IMG/VR virus record: IMGVR_UViG_3300028797_000009
Span: 64,001-85,682 of that record
Source of the DNA: a virus
Lineage: Duplodnaviria; Heunggongvirae; Uroviricota; Caudoviricetes
Length of the DNA: 21,682 nucleotides
Reading direction: 5' to 3' (one strand)
The notes beneath the pieces are model-generated. The model had not been told where the DNA came from and searched no databases. It worked only from the letters and a program-made list of their open reading frames with translations. Position 1 is the stretch's first letter; every line of letters begins with the position of its first letter. Position numbers and translations under genes: made by a program. This document shows, in pieces, positions 1 through 8,600 of this stretch.

Positions 1-2
1 TT

Positions 3-254
3 GAAACTAGATTAGATGGTATAAGAACTTTATTAACAATGTATATAAATACTCAACCAGAAAATCACGATACAATATTGAAAATTGCTCAAAGGTATTT
101 CGTAGAATATGGTGGGGATTGGGTAATGACAGATGAATTTTTGAAATGGGCTGAAAGAGAGAATGAGGCTGGGAGGAAGGTCCATATCCCTGCCACACTC
201 TCTAGCACTATGCAACTTCGTGTGAATGAAGAAGAAAATAGGAATATGTTATAA
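3..254 (+). CDS. Hypothetical phage protein, 3' part (5' truncated by window edge)
   Basis: Frame is open from position 3 (ETRLDGIRTLLTMYINTQ...YFVEYGGDWVM...) to TAA 252-254, upstream of the capsid gene. No family confidently recognised. Confidence 0.6.
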   Translation, partial: ETRLDGIRTLLTMYINTQPENHDTILKIAQRYFVEYGGDWVMTDEFLKWAERENEAGRKVHIPATLSSTMQLRVNEEENRNML

Positions 255-255
255 T
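247..255 (+). promoter_or_regulatory. Extended -10 promoter element (TGtTATAAT) upstream of capsid gene
   Basis: TG-n-TATAAT at 247-255, overlapping the upstream stop codon, ~75 nt before the capsid start. Confidence 0.55.
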
Positions 256-329
256 AGGCACTAGATACGGAGAGCTAAGATTTATAGCCAGTTGTCTAAA
301 ACACGAACACTTAAAAATTGAGGTTCAGA

Positions 330-2477
330 GTGAAACAAAAGTTTAAAAACATAATCGAAGTCACTCGAAACTCCTACAAAGATGAAGGTGAAGGTGTAGT
401 TTCCTTCCCGAACGGTCTTTGTATTTCAGATAATCAGACTCAACGTAACGGAACTCGTTACGATATTGATTCTCTTGACATCAGCAAATATGCAGGCCAG
501 CTGACTGCAGACCACGAGGATAAATTATCCAACATCATTGGTCGTGTTGAGGGTGTCAAAAAAGAAAATGGACGAATTTCAGTTGAGAAGATTGTCTATG
601 CCGTTAAGCAAAATCCATACGCAAGATTAGCTTATGATTTGTTAGTCGGTGGATTTTCGAAGGCTTTTAGCACAGAAACTATTGGACCTGGTGCAGATAG
701 CACAGATGGAACTCTTAAAAATCATGAGTTGGTCGGTCTATCACAAGTCGTCTGCCCTAACAACTACTCCGCTATTATCAATTCTGTGCGTAATTCATTA
801 AAGACCGCTGAGGCTGATGGATTAAACGTTGAAGGAGTAGAAGAAGAAATCCTGAATAGTTTTAGTAAGGAAACAAATATGCAAGATGAAAACAAACCTG
901 TCGAAGCCGAGGAAAAGGTAGAAGAGGTTGTCGAAACTCCAGAGGTTGAAAAAACTGAACCAGTTGAAGAGCCAAAAGAAGAAGTAGAAGAGCCTGTCGC
1001 CGAAGCCGAGGAAGTCGAGGAAGTTGTAGAAGAAAAGACCGAAGAGCCGGAAGTAGAAGAGACTGAAAACAAAGTTGATGAAGTCGAAAAAGAAGAAAAT
1101 GAGATTTCCGATGAACAGGTCGCTGAACTCTTTGAAAAACTTGATGGTTTAATCGATATGGTAAAAGACTTCACTGGTGAGGATGAAGAAAAACCTGCCG
1201 ATGAAGAAGGTGTTGAGGAAATTGTAATTGATGACCTTAATTCCGCTGATGAAAAAGTAGAAAATAAAAAGGAAGAAACAATGGATAAAGAAGAAATCCA
1301 GAATGCAGTTGCAGAAGTTCTTAAAGGCTACTTCTCCAACGATGCAAAAGCTCCAGAATTCAAGAAGGATGAGGAAGGTGCTTCCTTCACCGATATGGAT
1401 TGGAAAGAGCGTTATAATAAGCAGGTAAATTCTGCTTATGAAGCCTTCCGCAACGGTTCTATTGCGGGTCGCCAAACTCTTAATGAGATTAATGAAGTTA
1501 ACTTCAACGCTCTCAAAGAGGCTGGCATTGTTAAGAATAGCATGACTATCGCCTCTATGGGCAACTTTGTTATTCCGCCAGAGATGTACAGAGAGATTGT
1601 TGGCAAACGTACTGACTACTCTGCAATCATCAATGCTACCGAATGGAAAGAAACCGATAGTCTTGAATTCGCTTGGTTGAAGCGTAAAGGCGACATCGAT
1701 ATGAAGAATGTCGCTATGTGTGATGATGGTAAGGATGGCAACTTGAAGCCAATTTCCGAGTATACCGCCGAGCCAGTCACCAGCAAACTTGAAGAAATGG
1801 CCGCTGTTACTGTCGTATGTAATGCTGCTACCCGTTTCTTCGCTGTTGACCTCTTGAGTGATGTTGCTGCTGGTTATCGTAATGATTATGACCGCAAACG
1901 TGCTCAGTTGGTTATTGCTCGTCTTGAGCAGGCTGTTGAAGAGAATGGTCAGAGTGTTGATTATGCTCCAATGACCGATACCGAAGCTATGGTTGATTGG
2001 TTGAAGGCTATTGCCGAAATCAGCGACACCACCGTTAATGGTACGCTTCTCTTTAACAACAAGACCTTCGCACAGCTCAAAGCTCATGCTCTTGAAGCAG
2101 GTGCTAATGGTCCACTTTCAAGCATCTTTATTGATGGTGAGATTCCACGCATCTTTGGTATGCCATATATTGTGCTTCCAAACGATTTGCTCCCAACCAT
2201 CGAGAGTGATGATGAAGTAGTCTTTGTTGTTGATGGCAAAGAAGTAGAAATCAAGCACGCTGTATTCTACGCTGACCTTGGTGAATTCACTGGTCGTACG
2301 AGTGGTGGTTTGCAGTATGATATTTCTGCTGATGCTTCTTACGAAGTTGATGGCACTGTACGTTCTGCCTACCAGCGCAACGAACTTGTCCTCCGTGGCT
2401 CGTTCTTCCGTGGTGGTGCTATCAAGGATACTAGCCGTGTTGCCGGTATTCTTGCGACCGAAGGTCCAGCATCCTAA
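330..2477 (+). CDS. Prohead protease-scaffold-major capsid protein fusion (HK97 fold)
   Basis: N-terminal HK97-type prohead protease motifs (ADH..IIGRV, GFSKAFS, ELVGLSQVVCPNNYSA), a Glu-rich linker, then a capsid domain (GNFVIPPE...DYDRKRAQ...FNNKTFAQLK...IFGMPY...AYQRNELVLRGSFFRGG). GTG start at 330 chosen over TTG 318 because GAGGT lies 5 nt upstream. Confidence 0.9.
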   Translation: MKQKFKNIIEVTRNSYKDEGEGVVSFPNGLCISDNQTQRNGTRYDIDSLDISKYAGQLTADHEDKLSNIIGRVEGVKKENGRISVEKIVYAVKQNPYARLAYDLLVGGFSKAFSTETIGPGADSTDGTLKNHELVGLSQVVCPNNYSAIINSVRNSLKTAEADGLNVEGVEEEILNSFSKETNMQDENKPVEAEEKVEEVVETPEVEKTEPVEEPKEEVEEPVAEAEEVEEVVEEKTEEPEVEETENKVDEVEKEENEISDEQVAELFEKLDGLIDMVKDFTGEDEEKPADEEGVEEIVIDDLNSADEKVENKKEETMDKEEIQNAVAEVLKGYFSNDAKAPEFKKDEEGASFTDMDWKERYNKQVNSAYEAFRNGSIAGRQTLNEINEVNFNALKEAGIVKNSMTIASMGNFVIPPEMYREIVGKRTDYSAIINATEWKETDSLEFAWLKRKGDIDMKNVAMCDDGKDGNLKPISEYTAEPVTSKLEEMAAVTVVCNAATRFFAVDLLSDVAAGYRNDYDRKRAQLVIARLEQAVEENGQSVDYAPMTDTEAMVDWLKAIAEISDTTVNGTLLFNNKTFAQLKAHALEAGANGPLSSIFIDGEIPRIFGMPYIVLPNDLLPTIESDDEVVFVVDGKEVEIKHAVFYADLGEFTGRTSGGLQYDISADASYEVDGTVRSAYQRNELVLRGSFFRGGAIKDTSRVAGILATEGPAS

Positions 2478-2508
2478 TATAAATATTTAACAAACAGAGG
2501 TGTCCAGA

Positions 2509-3210
2509 GTGGATTTAGAAAAATATGAAAAACTTACTGGGATAATTATTCCAGCCGAGAAAAGACCATATTATACGGCTCAAATTAAGCGTGCTCAAAG
2601 TAAATTGGAAACGCTTTTGGGTTACACTCTGGAGCCTCAGAACCTTTACATTGAATTGGGTAAATCGCAAAGAGAATGCGTTTGCCCAGATATTCCGCAA
2701 ACTTCAACCTTATTACCTCCTGATGGGGTGAGGGGTATTATAAAGGTATTCCCATACAATTCAAAGGATAAATTTCTTCATGTTGACCCATTTCACGATG
2801 TTTATAATGTGAAATTAGGTAAAGTGTTAGAAAATAGGCAATTTATTACCTATAAAACATTTGAGCATTTTACTAAGCAATATATGCAGAGTGGTATCGG
2901 TAATCATATTGAGAAATGTGAAACTTGTTTCTGTGATTGTGATTGTAAGGATTGTGTCCAATTAATTGTAGATGCTGACTGGGTAGATATTACCGAGGAA
3001 GAGGAATTGCCTAATGACCTTGCTTATCTCTTGTGTGATATGGTTGATTACTATGCAGACCAATCTAGAAATATTAAAAGTGAGTCTGTGGATGGTCATT
3101 CTTGGTCGGTTGGCGAAATCAAGGCACCAGAGGAATCGAAAGATGCTCTTCTATTATTGAAGAGATATGCTGGTCCTTATGGCTCGGTAATTCAGATGCC
3201 AACGATATGA
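2509..3210 (+). CDS. Head-tail adaptor/connector (gp6/gp15-like) with Cys-rich insertion
   Basis: Follows the capsid gene. C-terminal LPNDL..LL.DMV.YY...NIKSESVDGHSWS...LLKRY is typical of adaptors. GAGGTG SD before GTG 2509. Confidence 0.75.
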   Translation: MDLEKYEKLTGIIIPAEKRPYYTAQIKRAQSKLETLLGYTLEPQNLYIELGKSQRECVCPDIPQTSTLLPPDGVRGIIKVFPYNSKDKFLHVDPFHDVYNVKLGKVLENRQFITYKTFEHFTKQYMQSGIGNHIEKCETCFCDCDCKDCVQLIVDADWVDITEEEELPNDLAYLLCDMVDYYADQSRNIKSESVDGHSWSVGEIKAPEESKDALLLLKRYAGPYGSVIQMPTI

Positions 3211-3590
3211 ACCAATTATTAGACTATAAAGATAACTTGCTTTTGATAGAAACTGCTCAGGATGGTTATGGGGATAATTCTCTTGGTCATCTTGAAGTGG
3301 TAAAGGGATTGTTCTTACAAGGGACTTCCCAAAATGAGATTACTTATACTGAAATGTTGAGTACGGATGCCCACGTCTATTTGGATATTAATAATCCATA
3401 TGTAAAGGCAAATGCGTTCAGATTAGAAGGAATGTATCTTGTGGCTAACCTATATGGTGGCAAAGATGACGAATCTTGGTATAAGATTTCTCGTTGTAAG
3501 GTTGGGCAAAGAAAACTGCTTGAAAACGATATTAATAATGTTCATTGTTTTCTAACTAAATGTGAGGCGTTAGATATACTGGGGTCTTAA
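3207..3590 (+). CDS. Head closure/stopper protein (putative)
   Basis: ATGA overlap with the previous stop, 127 aa, DGYG motif near the N-terminus, syntenic position. Confidence 0.6.
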   Translation: MNQLLDYKDNLLLIETAQDGYGDNSLGHLEVVKGLFLQGTSQNEITYTEMLSTDAHVYLDINNPYVKANAFRLEGMYLVANLYGGKDDESWYKISRCKVGQRKLLENDINNVHCFLTKCEALDILGS

Positions 3591-3591
3591 T

Positions 3592-3936
3592 ATGGGGATT
3601 GAATACAAAAGTAATATTCCTCAAGTTAAATTCCAAACTAAAAATCAGGTTAGCTTAATGTTAAGGCTGATGATAGAGGATGTACATATTAAGTCCGTTT
3701 ATAAAACTCCATTCAAGCACGGTGATTTGAGGGCTATGGTTGGCAAACAAATCAACGGTTTGACTGGTATAATTGAATGGAGAGCCCCATACGCAGAGTA
3801 TCAGGAAAGAGGATATACATCTGGTCCTGTGAGACACTATACGACTCCTGGAACACAGGCACACTTCGTAGAAGAATCTGTTGAAGATGTGATGAGTAAT
3901 GTCGATGAATATATCCAGAAAGTTGGGATAGAATGA
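3592..3936 (+). CDS. Neck/tail-completion protein (HK97 gp10-like / 'minor capsid' family)
   Basis: TPFKHGDLR and YAEYQERG...YTTPGTQAHFVE motifs, synteny. Confidence 0.7.
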   Translation: MGIEYKSNIPQVKFQTKNQVSLMLRLMIEDVHIKSVYKTPFKHGDLRAMVGKQINGLTGIIEWRAPYAEYQERGYTSGPVRHYTTPGTQAHFVEESVEDVMSNVDEYIQKVGIE

Positions 3937-4343
3937 CAATATCGAGAGCATTTGTAAAATTACTAGAAGATAAAGGTTGCGGTGTATTTGGGCAAAACAT
4001 CTTTTTGTATCGAGTGCCTAATTCGTTGAAAACACAAACTGAACTCTATTGGGTAATACCAAGTGGGGGGATGAAAGTATCCACCAATAAGACAGGTGAA
4101 GCCGTTAAAGCGTATAATTTTCTGATTTATTTCAGGAGTAATGAAGCAAAGACGGTGGATGAAACATTATCTGCATTAGAAGAAATGTTGAACTGTTCTG
4201 GCTGTGTGGAATTAGAAGGTTTCGAGCTGGTCGACATAAATACAACCCAATTCCCTGCCGACCAAGACATCGATTCTGAAAATCGTATGGTTGGGCTTAT
4301 CCAAGTTCAACTATGGGTTTATAAGGGTTGTAATAACAACTAA
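3933..4343 (+). CDS. Tail terminator protein (putative)
   Basis: ATGA overlap, 136 aa, immediately before the tail tube gene. Confidence 0.65.
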   Translation: MTISRAFVKLLEDKGCGVFGQNIFLYRVPNSLKTQTELYWVIPSGGMKVSTNKTGEAVKAYNFLIYFRSNEAKTVDETLSALEEMLNCSGCVELEGFELVDINTTQFPADQDIDSENRMVGLIQVQLWVYKGCNNN

Positions 4344-4369
4344 AAAACAAAAGGGATAAAAAATAAATT

Positions 4370-4867
4370 ATGGCATTAGTAAAAGGTCCATTCACTATTA
4401 AGTGGGGTAGCAATACTCTTCTTGATGTTAGCGAACTTGGCTTCAACTATGATGTAGCCTCCAATGACTACGAAACGCTTGATGGTCGTACCTACACTGT
4501 CGAGGGTGCTATTACGGCTTCGGTTGACCTCACTCTCTTGGCTTCCGATGTTTCGGCACTTGCTACGATTTTCCCACAGTATTTTGTGGCTAAAGGTGGC
4601 ACGCTTTCTACTGGCGAAACTGTTACGAGTGATGATGGTGCAATTGATATTGTTGCCGCTTCTTGTGACATGTCTGCTTCTAAGTACGATTTGGAGATTA
4701 CTAGCTGTACTGGTGAAACCACTCGTCTTGTAAAGGCTCGTACTAGCCTTTCTGCGATTGATTTTGCTGATAATGCTGTTCGTACTGTTCAGGTAACCTT
4801 CCGTGGTGAGCCTGGCACGGGCGAGGGCGTTGTTCAGTTCTTCAACGGTATTCAAGCCGCTTCCTAA
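4370..4867 (+). CDS. Major tail (tube) protein
   Basis: 165 aa beta-rich acidic protein with highly-expressed-type codon use, followed by a terminator, then chaperones and the tape measure gene. Confidence 0.75.
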   Translation: MALVKGPFTIKWGSNTLLDVSELGFNYDVASNDYETLDGRTYTVEGAITASVDLTLLASDVSALATIFPQYFVAKGGTLSTGETVTSDDGAIDIVAASCDMSASKYDLEITSCTGETTRLVKARTSLSAIDFADNAVRTVQVTFRGEPGTGEGVVQFFNGIQAAS

Positions 4868-4871
4868 TCTT

Positions 4872-4907
4872 AAAAGTCCCCTCTTCGATTTGGAGAGGGG
4901 CTTTTTT
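4872..4907 (+). terminator. Intrinsic terminator after the tail tube gene
   Basis: AAAAGtCCCCTCTTC-gattt-GGAGAGGGGCTTTT followed by a T tract. Confidence 0.85.
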
Positions 4908-4914
4908 GTTGTCG

Positions 4915-4923
4915 TGCTATAAT
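4915..4923 (+). promoter_or_regulatory. Extended -10 promoter (TGcTATAAT) restarting transcription for chaperone/tape measure genes
   Basis: Exact TGnTATAAT directly after the terminator. Confidence 0.65.
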
Positions 4924-5046
4924 TTACTTAGTTAAAAATGTTATTTTTCTCGATGAGATGATAAATGTATCGTCTTTGAGATTAAAAGCCCGTAGAGGCG
5001 AAAATAGAGGGGAATAACGCTAAAATATATGAAGGAGTAGAACCAA

Positions 5047-5376
5047 ATGAGTTCACGATTAAATCTAAATGAAAATACTTCGGAGGTATTCGAGTTCACT
5101 ATTGGTGGTTTGGATTATGATATGAAATATCCAACTCTTGAAGAAATTGAGCCGATTACTGAACTTAGCAAAAAGCGTGAAGTTTTGAGTAAAACTGATA
5201 CGCCAGAGGCAGTCGAGGAGATGGATAAAATTGATGAAAAACTTACGGAAGAGTTCTATAAGTTAATTATTCCTGTTGGCCACGACACTCCGATTGCCGA
5301 TACGCTTCGTAAACAACCATTCCCTGTGGTTAAAGCGTTTAATAAAATGGTTCTTGAACAACTCTCTGCGGAGTAA
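5047..5376 (+). CDS. Tail assembly chaperone (gpG-like)
   Basis: GAAGGAG SD, 109 aa acidic helical protein between the tail tube and tape measure genes. Confidence 0.7.
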   Translation: MSSRLNLNENTSEVFEFTIGGLDYDMKYPTLEEIEPITELSKKREVLSKTDTPEAVEEMDKIDEKLTEEFYKLIIPVGHDTPIADTLRKQPFPVVKAFNKMVLEQLSAE

Positions 5377-5380
5377 TTAG

Positions 5381-5680
5381 ATGAATCCGGCTAATGACGA
5401 GCCGAGGAGAATATCGGTAAAGCCCGTAAGACCGGTAAAAGAGCAAAAAACTTCCAATCGGGAATTATGGGCTACGATATGTTACTATTATCCGCAATAT
5501 ACTCTTGAAGATGCTAAAAGATTAAGTATTAGAGATATACGGTTATTGTTAAAAACAGCATCAAAGAAAGAGGCTGAAAAATATCTGCAATTAACGCAGA
5601 TTGTGGCTTCTCCACACACGAAGAAAGGGCAAGGCGTAAAACAATTAACTAATTATTATAAAAAACAAATAGGTAATTAA
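5381..5680 (+). CDS. Second tail assembly chaperone (gpT-like)
   Basis: LWATICYYYPQYTLED..LS pattern resembles gpT regions, and it lies directly before the tape measure gene. Confidence 0.6.
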   Translation: MNPANDEPRRISVKPVRPVKEQKTSNRELWATICYYYPQYTLEDAKRLSIRDIRLLLKTASKKEAEKYLQLTQIVASPHTKKGQGVKQLTNYYKKQIGN

Positions 5681-5685
5681 ACGAT

Positions 5686-8600
5686 ATGCCAACCCACGGT
5701 GGAACTGTTAGATGGATAATTGAGGCCGATGACTCTCAATTTAATCAAACCTTAGATAATGTAGAAAAACGAGCAGAAACTACGGTAAAAGTCCTTAACC
5801 GTCAGGATACTAGTTTTTGGGGTTCTCTAAGCAAAGGGGCAAAAGAAACTTCTTTTTCTATGGGAGAGTTAGCGTCTAGTCTGGCTAATGTCGGATGGAC
5901 TGCTTTTAATCTTGGTGCGACCTCTGCTGTCACGGCTTTGACTAGTCTTGTGAGAAAAGGTGTTCAGGCAACTGATTTCTTGGAAACCTCTCGTATCGCT
6001 ATGGCTGGTCTTACTGGTTCCGTTGAAGCAGGTAATGAGGCGATGTCGATTGCCGCTGATTATTGGTCTAATAACCCATTTCAGCGTATTGATGTTACGA
6101 GTGCGACAAAACAATTAGTCCAGTTTGGTAGAAATACTGGTCAATTGGCAGGCGATTTGAAAATATTGGGCGATGTGTCTTTGTCGTCTGGTGTTAAGAT
6201 TGATGAATTAGCAAGGTATTATGCTCGTGTGTCTGCGTCTGGCCGTGCTATGACGATGGACTTGGAGATGATGTCCGACCGTGGTGTTCCAATTTATAGG
6301 GAATTGGCAAAGCAATTAAATACAACTACACAAGGTGTTCGTGAGTTAGCATCGCAGGGGAAGATTGGTTTTGAAGAATTCCGAAAGGCGATGGAAAGTT
6401 CAGTCAATCCAGAGGCTATGGAAGCCTATGAAAATACGCTTGCTCGCCAGATGGATAGGTTTAAGGGTTCTTTGCAACAATTAGGCGCCGCTTTGGCTGG
6501 CTATAAAGTTGTAAATAATGAAGTTATTATTTCCGAGCAGGGTCTTGAAAAAGCGTGGATGAGGTTAGTAAAGACTCTTGCTACTGCTTTGCGTTCCGAT
6601 AAATTGAAGGAGGCATTAACTACTCTTGGTGAAACTCTCGCTAAAATACTCGATAAAGTATCGGCAATTATTCCAAAAGTTGTAGATTGGTTAGCAAAAG
6701 TCGTAAAGTTCTTGTCTGAAAACAAAGCCCTTCTTGCTGGTGTCGCTGGTGTAGCCACCTACTTTGTTGGAGGGTTAGCGAGTAAGTTACCGATTGTGGG
6801 CGGAGTGATTGAAAAAATCACGGGCAGTGCTAAAGGTCTGGTCAACGTATTCACAAATTTGTTTAAGAAGAACCCGTTGTTAGCCGTATTCCTCGGGCTT
6901 TTAACTACTGGTCTTGTTACGGCTTATAAGAATAGTGAGAATTTTAGAAATTCTATAAGTCGGTTGTTCTCTGCTCTTGGTAAATTGCTTCAAAAGATTA
7001 TCCCTATATTCCAAGCATTTGTGGATATTATTGTAACGATTGTTTCGTCTGATGAATTTATATGGATAATGGAAACCCTTGCTAATGTTTTGGCTTCAAT
7101 AGCAGAGGCATTGGCGAGTATTCCGACAGATGTCTTAACCTCTTTGGTCACGGCATTTTTGATGTTTAGTCTGTTGGATTCTAAACCGATTCTCGGATAT
7201 GCTGCGGCGATTATGTATATTATCGCAGTAGTAAAGAAGTTTGGCCCAGCAATGATTGAGGGTATTAAAAATACTTTTGAAAATGTTGGGACGGCTATTT
7301 ATAACGCTGGTAAGAACTTTATTATCGGTTTCCAAAATGGTATCAATGAAGGTGTTAAAGCTGTCTATAATTTCTTAAAGCAAATTGCTGAAACGATGGT
7401 TGCCACCTTCCAGAAAGCGTTGGGTATCCATTCTCCATCTACTGTGATGGCGGAGCAAGGCAAATATGTAGTGTTAGGTCTTGCCGAAGGTATCACGAAT
7501 AATAAGTCTGTCGCTCAAAAAGCGATGGATATGCTTGCTAGTGATATTCTCCAATCAATTGAAAAAATTATTTCAAATAAGATTGATTTTGGGCTTCTTG
7601 ATTATCCGAAGCAATATCAGGAATGGAAGAAAGTTTCGAAGATGTTTGCTGTTGGCTCTCAGCAGTATCAAACGGCAATCGAGAAAATGGAGGAAGCAAG
7701 GAAACAGGCTAATCTTCAGATTCTTTCGCTCCAAAGAGATTATAATGATACGCTTGATAGCACAATTAGCAAGATTGCTAAGATGTATGGCTTGTTTGAT
7801 AAAGTTGATACGTCTGGTGGTAAGAGTTCAACTGATATTATTTCTGATTTAGACCAACAAGTTGCCGCTCTTCAGAATTTTGCCTCAACGAAAGAAGCGT
7901 TAAATAATATTGGTCTTGAGACTGGTCTTGTTGATGAACTTCAAGAAATGGGGATTGATGCCGCTCAAGAATTAGCAACGATTGCTCAAATGAGTGGGGA
8001 TGAAATCGCTAGATTAAATGAGTTATGGTTGGCAAAACAAGAACAGGCCAATCGTGCCGGTATTGAAGAAGTAAAAAATCTTAAAGAAAAGACTCTTGAC
8101 CAAGTTGATGAAATTCGTAAAGGCATTGATGGTGAAACTATCGAGTTACAAGATGTCGGTGGTAGATTAGTAGAAAATATTGCCGAAGGCATCTATGGTG
8201 CTATGCCGACGCTCGAAGATGCGTTTGCCCAAATGGGAACGTATATGGCAAAGGCGGCGAAGGAACTTGGTGGCTCTGGTTCTGGTAGTACTGGTGGTAT
8301 AACTCCCGATGATATTGCTGACCCTCTTAAAAATACTCTCAATGAGGCCCAAAATAGCTTAAATAAGTTTGCCGAAGATTTTGGTATTAATATGATGAAA
8401 TCTATTGGTATCGGGTTAGTCGGTGGTATTGCTTTGAAGTGGATTGCTCCAAAATTGATTTCATTCTTTAAGGATAAAGTTCTCCATAAAGGAGTGCAGG
8501 ATACTATTGCTAACCAACTTCTTAAATCGGGTATAGGTAAAACCGGTGGGGCTGGTGAATTAGCAAAAGCCGCTCAAGAAAGCAGTAAAACCGCTACTTC

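Noticed and set aside
880-1280. GAA-rich quasi-repeats as a tandem repeat or CRISPR-like array
   Set aside because: Explained by the Glu/Val/Pro-rich scaffold linker. There is no constant repeat-spacer periodicity.
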